A stretch of 60,018 nt of DNA, the filler included, from Gonapodya sp. JEL0774 (Eukaryota), in NCBI GenBank assembly GCA_027604505.1. It is 12 parts of 12 records of this genome, joined end to end, with 100 filler letters (N's around TTAATTAATTAA, not from the genome) between each part and the next. Parts side by side here need not be neighbours in the genome. Positions count along the whole stretch, not along the records: positions 45,140 to 50,038 come from JADIIX010000832.1; positions 50,139 to 55,031 come from JADIIX010000833.1; positions 55,132 to 60,018 come from JADIIX010000834.1; 9 more parts are not named here. The stretch is one strand, 5' to 3'. Shown here piece by piece: positions 46,886 to 58,558 of the stretch; position 1 is the first letter of the stretch; each line of letters starts with the position of its first letter. Both the position numbers and the translations under genes were made by a program. Below the pieces are notes generated by a model that was given only the letters and a program-made list of their open reading frames with translations, did not search any database and had not been told where the DNA came from.

Positions 46886-49800
46886 ATGAATCGACTCGAT
46901 GTGGAAAGCGAGGAAACAGCAGAGGCGTAGTTTGTGAGGAGAGTGGACTTTTTAGAGCTTGAGCCGAGTATTTTTGAACGGCTATTGTCGGGGGTGGTTC
47001 CGTTCCATGCCAATTTCAGTTCTGCAGCTCCGCCGGGGTTGTCAGTCCTAGAGTATCATGGGGTAATATAATTGAGCGCATTTACAATATACTGTCCGTG
47101 CATTTATGCTAGAGATCAAGTGTTCAAATGACCTTCAAAGTAATTTGTGATTTGAGATGGACGGAGAACCCAAACCATTCTCACACCCACCCAACGAACA
47201 AAAACGCCCTCGAGTGAGTTCTTTTGCATGTCAGCTCCCCTGCGATTGAAGTTGTTGGGGCGACCCAGCCGCACAATCAACCTTTCACAATCCTCGAATC
47301 TATTTCAATCAGCAGTCTTGCAACGGTGCAGTAGCTCCAACGCCTCCTAGTATGGCCATTGCATGTTTTAGTGACCCTTACATGGACAAGGGAACATCAC
47401 AGAGTCTTGAACGTACCTCATGGGGACCCTCCACAATTCTTACTTTATGTTGACAAAGTGCACACTCGAGAACCCTAACCCGACGACCTCGAAGATGCCG
47501 AAAAAGGAATTCTTAGCGCGCTGTCCTGGAGTTCTGCTGCCGACAGAGGCTCTTCCTCAATGGAATCACCATTCCGCCGGTTTGGCTAACTGCATGACGA
47601 TTCTCCCTGCCCTCACCTCCACTCCGGGTCCGCAAATATTCAAGGAGATGGAGATGTTCAGTAATAATGCGATGTTGGCGAAGCCGATCCCCTGGAAATC
47701 GCTCGAATCGAGAAGGAATGAAGATTTTGGTATTAAGGTGGTGGTGGAGATGCTCGATACCGCCTCGCTCTGGTAATCACAAAGACGATCAAATTCTTCA
47801 CTCCATCACGATGGACGATTCGGGAGCCGATCGGAGTGGGATGAGGGGGCGATTGCGCCATCAGTTGTGAAGACTGGATCGGCTCACGGACAGGAGCAGG
47901 GGCCACTTCTTGACGGAACGCGCACTGAATGTTTACAATAGAACAGCAACGTACAAGCACTTTCAAACCTCGCCTTGTAATACCGAGGCAGCAAGACTCT
48001 CCATGGAAGTCCCAGCAGTTCGTGAAATAATACATGGGTCGTTATTGTTTGCGAATCACATAAGAATGTGTACCAAGACAGTTACAAATTGCACTGGCCC
48101 CTCAGAACATGTTCTCTGGCGTTGTGGTGCTTTGTACTGGACTATTGTGCCAAGAATTAAACAAACAATGTTACTTTGGCTTCCTTGACATGTTTTACAA
48201 GGAGGGAATCCTTATGGAATGAGGATTTCGCTGCAGGCAAAAAACATGCTGACACACCACTAGAGTGAGGAATGGTTTGTCATCATTTCGCTGTAAACAA
48301 TACGAAGCGGGGAGAGTCTTGAAACCCGCTCAGATTCAGTAAGCCCCTACCATGGGATTTGGTGTGAATTTGGTCCGGCTTGTACCCATTCTCGTGGAGA
48401 CCCAGTGACCAGCCGGTAACAGCGAGGTGGTCTCAAAGATCTAGAGCCATTTCTGTTCATTGAAAGTAATGTGTATCAATCATGCACGGTATAGCGCTAT
48501 TGTGTTCCCGCTCGTTTGCAAGTGTTTGCAAACGTTGCCGTTCTTGGGATTTCAATCGTTTGGGTCGCATGTCCTAAACGGTTTGGCGGATCAAAAGGAT
48601 TATACATACCTGCATATCGCATCTCTTTCAACCTGGAGGATATTCATTTAGTACTCGATGGTGGTACTCAGCGGGGCGTACATTTTCGGTGGGTTTTATG
48701 GGTATTGAGTGCTGGGCGCGCCGGCGTGAGATTATGTCCAAAGGTGGATGTTTACTTTTCGAGAAACATGAACATGGTTCTGGCGAGAATCCAATCGAAT
48801 CCGAATCTCGTGGATGGTTGACGCAGCCGTTGCGGGAAATATCCGCTTCCAGTTACCAATCCAGAGCTTCCCCACAGTTCCCCACCAATCTGTTGGTGCT
48901 AAATGAGTTTTGCCGCGAAGGTTAATCTTGAGGGTTCTCTCGGCATGTGGCTTCGAAAGCGGCACTGTCTAGGAATGAACGAGTTGATGGATGTATTGTT
49001 AGGAAACAATGGATGTGAAGATCTCGGCACTCTGATGAGCTAGCCCGCATTTATGCATGCATATAATATATTATGAGGATAGTGTGAGGTCTACCACATT
49101 CAATATGGCGAACAGAATTTCTTCCGACATCCCAGATGTGACTTCACATCGTCTTGAATGAAGCAATCGCACCGACCTCAGATCGTAGGAAACTCTCATC
49201 TAATCATGGTTGTTTGGGGGGAAGTGTCTGTGATGTGGTCACTATTAGGCGGGTGGCGCAAAGCATTTTGTGACGTCACAGAAGAACGGCTAGTACGATG
49301 AGTTCTGATCGCCACTGTGAACGTGGCTGGTTGAACCAAGCGAGCGGCAGTGACATCGCACTTTTGCCGTGCGCCTGTAAAACGGTTCTTTGTTTGTTTT
49401 ACGAAAACTTTGTCCATCCCGAGCAAAAATATACCTGGGGCTGGCTTTGGACGGTCCGCACATATAGGATAAACCAAGAACATCCAGTCTGGTCGCATTT
49501 CACTTCAGAAAGCTCCAATCGACATCGGACAAAGGGGAATCGCTCGGAAAACGTACTTTGGATATATTTCGCAAAGGTAGGAATCTGGATGGAACTCGCG
49601 CTTTTGCCTGCTGTGCTTACGTTGTCACTTTGACGTGTTCAACCGGGTGGCACAGGCACAGCTGACCGATTCTTCGGGAAATAGCTTTTACACCAGGGAC
49701 CCAAAACCATAACTTTTGCGCTGAGACTCCAAAAACCTTTCCAGAAGAAAACTAAACTCTCCACGCTAAAAGCAATCAGCGGAGACGACGAAACCCAGCA

Positions 49801-50138
49801 CTATAGTCATATCCGGATACGAGAGTCCTTGGACGGCAGCCCCATCGCCATATTCTCCCGGAAGCAGTTTTTCCCAGTTGACTCTCTCCGAACGCTCGAA
49901 TCTTCAATCGTCAATGCAAGCTTCCCTCGGCAACATCCTTCCTGTACCACCTCAATCACTACCTGCTGGAAAGATGGTTCCGTCGCTTGTCATCACGCCA
50001 GCGCAAGAGATGCCTCTCCCATATCCAGGTGGCGAAATNNNNNNNNNNNNNNNNNNNNNNNNNNNNNNNNNNNNNNNNNNNNTTAATTAATTAANNNNNN
50101 NNNNNNNNNNNNNNNNNNNNNNNNNNNNNNNNNNNNNN

Positions 50139-51652
50139 CTTATCAAGCGTTTCAGCCTCCCGTGCGTCGAATAATATCCAGTCCACCAACCAGCCCGCAT
50201 TGGAACAACTTTCGGGAGACAATCATGGCCATAATAAGGAAGAAAATCATTCTGCTCAAATGTCTGAATTCTGTTGGCGGACATCGCTGAGTCATAGACC
50301 AATTCAGTGTCTCCTGCGATAGGTTGTTGTTCTACTGGTTTCAAAGGAAAGAGTGGATAGCTTGACCGGGCTCTGGAGGTTGCAGCAAAGTAATCGTACG
50401 GGCTTGAGTATTCAACGATCATACCGTAGCGCTTCGGGTGACTGTTGATATGCTCAAGCAACAGATCAATGTTTCTGAATTGCTCGCGGGCACGCTAATT
50501 TCATTCATGACATGCAGGTCACCACTGTCTGCATCAGCTCCTCATTTCGGAACAAGAATACCAATAACTAAACACTCACAAAGTATCTGAAATCTCCGCC
50601 CCACAAAATCATGATGGCCTCCGGTTCCTCTTGCCTTCCGTCAGGATGCCGAAACTTCGATCTCCTTCGCACGATCTCCGATGCAAGTCTGTCACTCCAG
50701 CTTTCGATGTTCTTTGAATCTATCCTAGCAGTCATCCAGTTCATTTCCATTTCTGCATCAAATTGAAGAGGAGGAAGAATTGCGTCCGACGGCGAGATGA
50801 CGTAAGATCGGAGGGTTGCCTGTTCATAACAAGAGCCGCGAGTGCTTCTGCATGACGTGGCTCCGACGTTCTGGGGAAGTTTCCAAAGAAATTCCAATGA
50901 ACGCGTCCTTTCCATGTTCTCTTTCTCCGAGTTAGAGCATCGATTGATCACGTGTGCGGTGAACCCGCATTGGTGATGAAGAATTGCAATCGCAAGAGAA
51001 TGTCCGAATGGGTCAATCTGCCATGAGATTGAGGGTCTGCAAAATGCAAAGTTGAGCTCAAAAGGGCGATCATAGTGCAGCTCGGAACAAAAGCGGAGTC
51101 GAACAGTCCGCAAGAAAGCAAAGATAAAGTTCTCACCTCACACCAAACTGCTCCCAAAGCCAGAGAAGCCCCAAGGTCATTTGATCCATAACGTCCCTCC
51201 AGTGACATACTGCCTCGTCCGGTGAAATCCACCCAGATCCGACAAACACGAACCGTTCTTGCTGAATCAGCCGACGAGTGTGAGTACGCACTGACTCTGC
51301 TTGTTCTTGCCACCTTTGTGTTGTAGTAAAGTAATTAGTTGCACGATTGTTGAGAGAAAGTGGCTGTTCTTTTTGTCTGCTTCCTGACGTCACAAAAGGA
51401 CTCTCACCAGGTCCAAAAGAAACACACATCGGACCACGTGAACTTCTTTCGATCATCTTCTTCAAGTTCCCTCATGACATTGTCCAGGATCTTCCGCACC
51501 TTTGTCTGGTAATAGTGATCGTAAGTCTCAAGCCAGCCCGCATCGCAATGGCTCGAAGGCACGATCATGACGGTGACTGAGTATCACTGCAGTTACTGAG
51601 ATGGTCGAGAAAAGGTTCTTGGAAAGTACTTACGTGGCCTCGTATGATCCAT
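50139..51652 (-). CDS. GH38 alpha-mannosidase, lysosomal/Golgi-II type, 3'-truncated (start uncertain)
   Basis: IVPSSHCDAGWLETYDHYY, FVGSGWISPDEA, SWQIDPFGHS, ILWGGDF, YSSPYDYF, DFLPY and WWTGYYST. Confidence 0.92.
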
Positions 51653-52007
51653 AATCAGACCTTAGGGCGGCGAATGTTTGATTTGAACGCTCTTTTGTGG
51701 AATATGGACGCTCAGCTCCAGAAACTCAGCAGAGATCGAAGCCCATGAGATCTATCACAAACAACAAAAATGGATACAATTCATCACTGCTGCATGAGGT
51801 CCTTTTCAGAAGACCCGATTTCTTTGACGTTAGCGTATATCTCTGACACCGCTGTATCCTCAACTTCCTTCCTCCTGCACAGTTGGCTACTACCCATCAT
51901 CTTATAACGAGATGACTCGTTTCATGTGCACGGAGCTCTCATTTTCGCTGGGCGGCACCATAAGTTCTCAAATTTTAAAAACCGCATTCCGGAATTTCTC
52001 TAAGGTC

Positions 52008-53724
52008 TCACACCCTCACTTCCTCCGGATTCACCTCGCCCAAATACATGGTCTTGTCCGTACTGCCTGACAGTACTATATCACACCATAAATCGTGGTG
52101 CTTCAGTTCGGACGAACTATGCGACGATCAATACCAAATAGACAACCCACCTATCGGCTCTTTCGGATGCCAGCTCACTTCCGTCACGACCCCCTTATGA
52201 CCGGGCAGCTTATATACTACTTTTCGTGTGTTAACATCCCATACGAGCACGGTCCGATCTGCGGCACCACAAGCGATGAATGCTGAGTCAGGGGACCAAG
52301 TTGGGCGGATCAGATACTTTTCGAAGCCGTGGGGTGCTCCTAGTACACATGTCAACAATGGAAGAAACTTGACCGTTCGCAAGAGTAGTTGACCGACACG
52401 GGCAGCACAGTATTGTGTGATGCTCACCCTCGTAAGTCCCCAAGCCTCTCCCTGACGGCGCGAACGGTCTGACATCCCACGTTCGCACCGTATTGTCCAT
52501 TGCATTGGAAAGTAGACGAGAGCCGTCAGGGGATATTCGTAGTCCCGTTATAGTGTCGTTGTGGCCGGGGAGTGTGTAGAGAGGTTGGGGTCGGCGGAGG
52601 TCGTATGCCTAGGACATGGTAGTGAGGGAGCAGTTGCGGCCAAAAGAGATAATATTATAGTCAAGAACATCATCACGCACTTTGATGACATTGTCAACGC
52701 CACCGGTGAAGACGGTCTGCCCATCGGCGCCCCATTCCACCGCAGTCACTTGCCATTTTTCGGGTATAGTGTACACGGGGTGTTTTTCTCGAGCGTCCCA
52801 CACCTGAATTCGTTTGAAAAAAATGAAAAACGCGATACGAAGCGGATGTAGAATCGATCATTGTCACCGTCGGAAGTAGAAACGCAGTCACAACGTGCCT
52901 TTACAGAGCAGTCATCACCTCCCGTCGCCACCTGTTCTCTGCCCTTTCTAGACACAGCACACGAGTTGACAATGTCTGTATGACCAACGTGTTTGCGCAG
53001 ACGAGTTTGACTGGGAACATCCCACTGGCAGAGGGATTTGTCTGCCGAAACAGAATACACAACGCTGGAGGCGCGTGCGCCACGTGCAATGGGGCATGAG
53101 ACAGCAATGGGTTGTGTCAGATTTTCAGATGCGGTTTTGGGCATAACAGGGAGGTATACTCACTCTCCTTCCCGTCCCCACTGAACTTCAATGACAGCGC
53201 TCTTGTGACCCTTGAGAACCGCGTAGTTCGAGCAATCACCAAAAGTTTTCCACAAGACTGTCGACCGGCAATGGTTATCCGTGCAATTTGAAAGACGTAA
53301 GGAGGCAAAATGAGCCCTTAGTTTCCCAATATCAATCACTGTTCGCACGTACAAATGGATTTGTCAAAAGAGCCCGACGCTACACTCTGACCATCTGGAC
53401 TGAACTTGGCCGTGAAAACTTCTCCCTGAGCGGGTTCAGTGTAGTCAGCACATTGAAATCTCAAAGTGATCTCAAAGTTCTGAATCCAAACAATTTCAAA
53501 CCCACACCATGACCCGTTAGCAGCATAATCGGAGCTGCTAACGCGCTCGTCCTCTTCACGGTCCTCGACAGCGCTCCGGTGGCGGCAGCTGCGGATTGAC
53601 CAGATAGAATCAGCGCAGCTGCATCGCTGGGGTCATCTGTGCGTGGCCGTTTCACCAAAGAAGAAGAGAACAAAGATTGTGTAGGCTCATCCGCGGAAGC
53701 TTTCCGCTTGTCTGGGGTTGCCAT
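52008..53724 (-). CDS. SNRNP40: U5 snRNP 40 kDa WD40 protein
   Basis: RTSALAAPIMLLTGH-GEVFTAKFSPDG, LKGHKSAV, SNAMDNTVRTWDVRPFAP, GAPHGFEKYLIR, YKLPGHKG and SGSTDKTMYLGE. Confidence 0.95.
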
Positions 53725-54287
53725 TGTGAAGCTGAAGGTGATTTACCTAACACCAGAAACGATGGCACTTGCCGCACGGATCTCGTCGGTTTCGTATCGT
53801 TGGAGTTCGCTATTCGGCCACAATGTATTCGTCTCAAAAGGCGTCTTCAGGACTCCAATACTATAAATAGAGAAAACTCTGAAGTACACAGCGAAATGAT
53901 CTGGGCGACATAGGGAACAGGGAAGCCCGCCCGCCCTATCGGCTGCTGCATTGTACTGACTCTATGTGAACCTGGCATTTTAGTTTGGGCGGATCTTTGG
54001 TCGCGGGCTGCCCTTCATTGCTGCTGGGCTGTATGCCGTTAGGTGGAACGATCAACCTCGTTGCACAGAAACCCACATAGGAGCTTTGAAGAAGAGCCAT
54101 CACTTCCCGAGCTCACGCCGCGGCTTCCAAGCTATTGTGTGGAGTTGATCTTTGAGCGGTGCGGACGGACGTGGACGCGAGGGAGCCGGAGCAAACCAGG
54201 AACAACGAAAACGTCTGCATAGTTCCCCAATAACCGAGACGCGTTTCGCAGTTTCCATCTTCCTGTTTGTCACTAGTCGCCCTCCTC

Positions 54288-55031
54288 ATGCCCGCGCACG
54301 ACCTGATTTCCGCTCTGAACCACCTCGCTCGGCGCAATCGTCAGTTGGATACCTCGATCGCATCTTTGGACAGGCGGAAACATGGAACGGCTGGAAACGG
54401 TCCCGGCTCCGGCACAGCTCCAAGACGGATATTCGTCAACATGAGCTTACCAAAGGACTTGCTGGATTCGCGTGGCGAACCCATCACAAATTGGGCCAGC
54501 AACAAAGTCAAGACGAGCAAGTACTCGGCTCTGAACTTTCTACCAAAGAACCTGTTCGAGCAGTGAGCTTAGTCCTTGCACGCTTGTGAAACTGACCTCG
54601 AAATGCTCACGGTGTTCACGGCCACCCAGGTTCCGGCGAGTCGCAAACTTCTTCTTCCTCACCATCACAATCATACAGTTCTTCCCAGACTTTCAGCAAA
54701 TTGGTGAGCTTCTGTTTGTTCCTTTGTGGGTCTCATTGTCACGGCTCTGTACCAATGAACCTATAAATATTCTCCCCGAAACTATTGTCCACGTCCTCGT
54801 TGCAGATCCAATCGTTGCCGCACTTCCCCTCATCATTATTGTCTTTCTCACAGGTGTTAAAGACGGTATCGAGGATTGGCGGAGACATGTGTCTGACTCG
54901 GAGCTCAATGGGAAGCTTGTGTACACCTTAAGGGGCGGCAGCTGGCACAATGTTAACGTGCGAACAAACACGTCAAACGCAGGGAGTTGGAGACGATTTA
55001 TCAAAGGCGGAAAGGTAGCTGTGTGGAAGAT
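54288..55031 (+). CDS. P4-type ATPase phospholipid flippase (Dnf1/Dnf2-like), N-terminal part
   Basis: RRIFVN...SNKVKTSKYSALNFLPKNLFEQ|FRRVANFFFL and LPLIIIVFLTGVKDGIEDWRRH. Confidence 0.95.
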
Positions 55032-55131
55032 NNNNNNNNNNNNNNNNNNNNNNNNNNNNNNNNNNNNNNNNNNNNTTAATTAATTAANNNNNNNNNNNNN
55101 NNNNNNNNNNNNNNNNNNNNNNNNNNNNNNN

Positions 55132-56292
55132 TCGCATCGAGTACCGCATTATCGCTTCCCTCCTCCAATTTCAGAGAAATGCCTCCTCGATCTCTTCATC
55201 AGCGGATTGCCGACCCCGGACCAGCTGCTCACGTCACAGCCATCCTCTTCCCTTTCACCTCTCTTCCTCCCGAGCTACAGCAACATGTCGGCCGCTATTG
55301 GAACTACTACCCTTCCGGTCTTCCTACGGGTGCTCTCAGTAGGCAGCTTCGAGAGACGTTGGGAGGCCCGGTGGACGTTGCTCGTCGAGCTGTCGCAAGG
55401 TTCACCAGTCCACCTGAGGCCCTCCTGAAGGAATGCTGCCGGGACACAGAGGATACCACAGTGATGCAAATTCTCATCGATCGCTGCGACGCGAAGGCTG
55501 GCGAGCTGCGCAATAGCTTGCTCCACGTGTGTTGCTTCGGTGACACCGAACGCCTTCGGTTGTTGCTGGCTGCCGGCGCTGGCATACATCCGTCGAGCCC
55601 TGACTTGCCGGCTCACCCCCCACGCCAAAGGGGAGACTACTGTGGGTGGACTACGAAGAAGATCTACGAGACTGTCGCGGAGGAAGTACTTGAGGGGGAG
55701 TCATGGGCCAATCTCCACTTGGACGATTACCCATTCCAGGTGGCCTGCCGATACGGACACGTTGACGTAGTGAAGATGTTGATGGAAGCTGGGTTACAGT
55801 TGAGCACAATCACCGGGGCGGCCATGAGGGCTGCCGCTTTCAATGGGCACGTGGACGTTATTGGATTTCTCATCGAACGCAAGTGCGGGTTCCTGGAGGA
55901 GGCTTTGTGGGCAGCATGTGTTCATGGACAGAAGCCTGTCGTGGAACTGTTGCTTTCTCGAGGAGTCGAGCTGCGGGGGTCGCGGGCCCATGACGCCCTG
56001 ATCGGCGCTGTCACGCATGACCACGTTGAGATCGAACAACTTCTCTATGACACAGGCTCAGATTTCGGTTTTGAGTTTGAACCGTACGTACCTCCGGCTG
56101 AGGGATAGGTGATGGCCGCTCAGTGCTGAAATGATCGAGAGTACACTTGCCGATGGTGGTTTGATACCCGGGCAGAGCCGAAGATCGGGACTTCTTCGCT
56201 CTTGAAGAAGAGACATTTGGAGTAAGATGGGGTTTTCCAACCTTCTCACCAGATACAATGTAAACTGTAGTGTAGTTTGCGGTGGTTGACAT
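55132..56292 (+). repeat. Left arm of a ~1.16 kb diverged inverted duplication (partner 58559-59726)
   Basis: The 5' flank tcgcatcgagtaccgcatt.tcgcttccctcc and the 3' flank gaagatcgggac..gctcttgaagaagagacattt..accagatacaatgt.aactgtagt both match the reverse complement of the right arm. Confidence 0.9.
55179..56108 (+). CDS. Intronless F-box-like plus ankyrin-repeat protein (309 aa), copy 1
   Basis: F-box-like FPFTSLPPELQQHVGRY; ankyrin repeats ACRYGHVDVVKMLM, AAFNGHVDVIGFLI and ACVHGQKPVVELLLSRG. Confidence 0.88.
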   Translation: MPPRSLHQRIADPGPAAHVTAILFPFTSLPPELQQHVGRYWNYYPSGLPTGALSRQLRETLGGPVDVARRAVARFTSPPEALLKECCRDTEDTTVMQILIDRCDAKAGELRNSLLHVCCFGDTERLRLLLAAGAGIHPSSPDLPAHPPRQRGDYCGWTTKKIYETVAEEVLEGESWANLHLDDYPFQVACRYGHVDVVKMLMEAGLQLSTITGAAMRAAAFNGHVDVIGFLIERKCGFLEEALWAACVHGQKPVVELLLSRGVELRGSRAHDALIGAVTHDHVEIEQLLYDTGSDFGFEFEPYVPPAEG

Positions 56293-56389
56293 GTATCTTG
56301 TTTCGGGGACCGAGGTGTGCTTCCATTCTCCATATCCTTCGTCGGTCTTGCAGTTCTTCGATCAGCACATGCACTACCGATCTTGCTGC

Positions 56390-56505
56390 CCGGGGATCGC
56401 CAGTCCTCCCCGTTCCGTTCCAGGTGATGTCTCGTCCTTCCCCGTCCTTTCCCCTTCGCCTCCCTCTCGCCCGAAATCAGTCGCTCGTGGCCCGATATGT
56501 ACTGG
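56390..56505 (+). pseudogene. 5' fragment of another F-box/ankyrin paralog
   Basis: gccagtcctccccgttccg and ccttccc.gtcctt..cgcccgaaatc match the copy starting at 59856. The fragment is frameshifted and has no ankyrin continuation. Confidence 0.7.
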
Positions 56506-56814
56506 CAGGATGTCCCGTTTGGAAAACACAGTGGACGTCGCGCATCGAGCGATTGCACGATTCGGACACCTGCGATATATGTACATGCACTCCTTCAGGG
56601 GTCATGTGTATTGACATTGATCCATCGTACATCCTACATTCACCGTCGCCATCTCACAGAAACTCTGTCGCTACCACTCCCGATGATCCTCGGTGGCCGT
56701 TCATCGATTGGCTACACATGTGCTCCACTCCCCACTCCCCACTCCCACCGCCCACCGAGCACCACCGCCGTCCCCGCCGATCCTCCTTCCTACACCCTCC
56801 ACCCGACCACCACA

Positions 56815-58252
56815 CTATACGAACTTGTCGTGCATTTTGGGCGCCGCGCAGTGGTCCTGCACGTGGCCGCCGTGGGGCGTGGGGCGTGGGGCGTGGGCGG
56901 GTGCATCGACGAGAACGTGTGGTTCGCGGTTGGGGATATGTGCGGGTGTGTGTGTGTATGTATATGTGTGGGGTACGTGCGGGGTATCGGATCGGATCGG
57001 ATACGGGGTGCGTGGTGCGCCGTGCGTGGTTCGGGGTTGGTGAAAGATATCCGAGGCGAAGCCGCATGGAAAGGTCGTACGTGGGAAGCGGTGGGTGAGA
57101 GTAGTACGGGCCGGGTTGAATAATGTGCGTGCCGGACCCGTTCCGCGCGACTCTCCCCCGCCCGCAACGCCCCAAGTCACAGTCGGGGCCGGGGAGGTGT
57201 GCTGTTCACATGCGTTCTGTCCCTTGTCTCCGGTGCCCCGGTCGACAGACGGGTACGCACAGTGGGGCACGCCCATCGTGGGCCAGGTCCGAGCGTGATC
57301 CCCACCGGCCCCGGCGGGCGGTCGATTCGCCGACCCATCCCATCCGCAGACCCGACTCCCGACTCTCACGCCGTCGAGCACAATTCCCCGTACCCCGTAC
57401 CCCGTCCCGTTCTCCTGCATACCATGTACCCGGTCACGACCATGTGCCACCTCCCACGGCTGACTATCCGACCCTGCCCTTGGTGTGTGCGTGCATGGCC
57501 AAACACCACCACCACCTTCCTGACCCCTTGCCAAACCCTCATGGCCCGGCCCACGCCGCACAGCAAAACTCACCACACACTCCAAGAAATCCAAAAACTC
57601 GAGTGCGCAGTTGGCGTCGCCGCCTTCCTTCTCGACGCTGTACCGGTGGTGCGAGGGTGGTGCGTGGGTGTGGGGTGTGAGGTGCGTGAAGGATATGGGT
57701 GTGAGGGTGTTTGTGGTTTGGGGGTGGTGGAAGCGGAAGTGGGGACGAGCGAGACCGGAAAAGACGCGGCCCGACGGGAAAGACAAACACAGAGTGAGAC
57801 CCAAGGTCAACAAGGGGGGGGCAAGGGCCATGGAGACGAGCGTATAGTCGATGGGAAAGGGAGGAACAGAGCACGGGGAAAGGGAACCAGAACCAACGTA
57901 CCGTGCAGCGCAGGCCTCGTATGCGGATTTGAGAGCTGTGCAGTGGTGTTCGCCTGTGTGGGAGAGTGGGGATGGGGGAGGGGGTTGGAGGGAGGTGTTG
58001 GTAGGGAGTGGGAAGGAAGGGAGGGAGGGGGGAGAAGTCGGGTTAGGGGTTGGATGCTCGCAATGTGATGAAGGGGTGGAAAGAGAAGGCGCGGTATCGA
58101 TTCCATGTCCTGCTTGTCCTTTGTGTGCATGTCCACCATGAAAAGGACGACGCGTGGAGGGGTGCGAGTGGAGTATGTGGAGAGTGGGCAGACTCACACT
58201 CTTCTCTGAGAATGGGCAGTGGGTCGGGAATTTCGATTTCTTCCTCGGACAT
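56815..58252 (-). CDS. QCR6: Cytochrome b-c1 complex subunit 6 (hinge protein)
   Basis: Four exons give MSEEEIEIPDPLPILREECEHHCTALKSAYEACAARVEKEGGDANCALEFLDFLECVDHCAAPKMHDKFV*; the last intron is 56857-57573. Confidence 0.93.
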
Positions 58253-58558
58253 GGGGAGTGTGGTTGGAGAGTGGGCAATGTGAAGTAGGGGACTTGGTGG
58301 GGAGTGAGGAGAAAAAGTGGCACAGCCACGAGCAAGAAGGACACCAGAGACCAACAAAATGAAGACAAGAAAATGAGCAGGAGAACAAAAGACAGGGGGG
58401 AGAAGTGGGGGCAACAGTATATATGAGTTTGACAGCGCAGTACATGGGACAAAAAGGGGAAACCCGGGAAGACGAGCAAATATGAAGAAGCAAAGCAATT
58501 CATAAATTCAGAGTGCACATGAGTGGGAATGGAGGCTATGTGAGTAGATCAGCCCTCT

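Noticed and set aside
47108..47123. GCTAGAGATCAAGTGT, similar to the U2 snRNA 5' region
   Set aside because: No GTAGTA branch-pairing sequence, stem I or Sm site; a chance match.
47420..49633. Short ORFs in the gene-poor 3 kb of contig 10, a possible transposon relic
   Set aside because: No recognisable transposase or RT motif, terminal repeats or splice pattern.
4928..55131. Regularly spaced TTAATTAATTAA palindromes about every 5 kb
   Set aside because: These are assembly-joining linkers embedded in N runs, not biological repeats. Gene neighbourhoods across them are meaningless.
56815..58518. 567-aa ORF on the minus strand
   Set aside because: A chance read-through of stop-poor GC-rich QCR6 introns; only short pieces are true exons.
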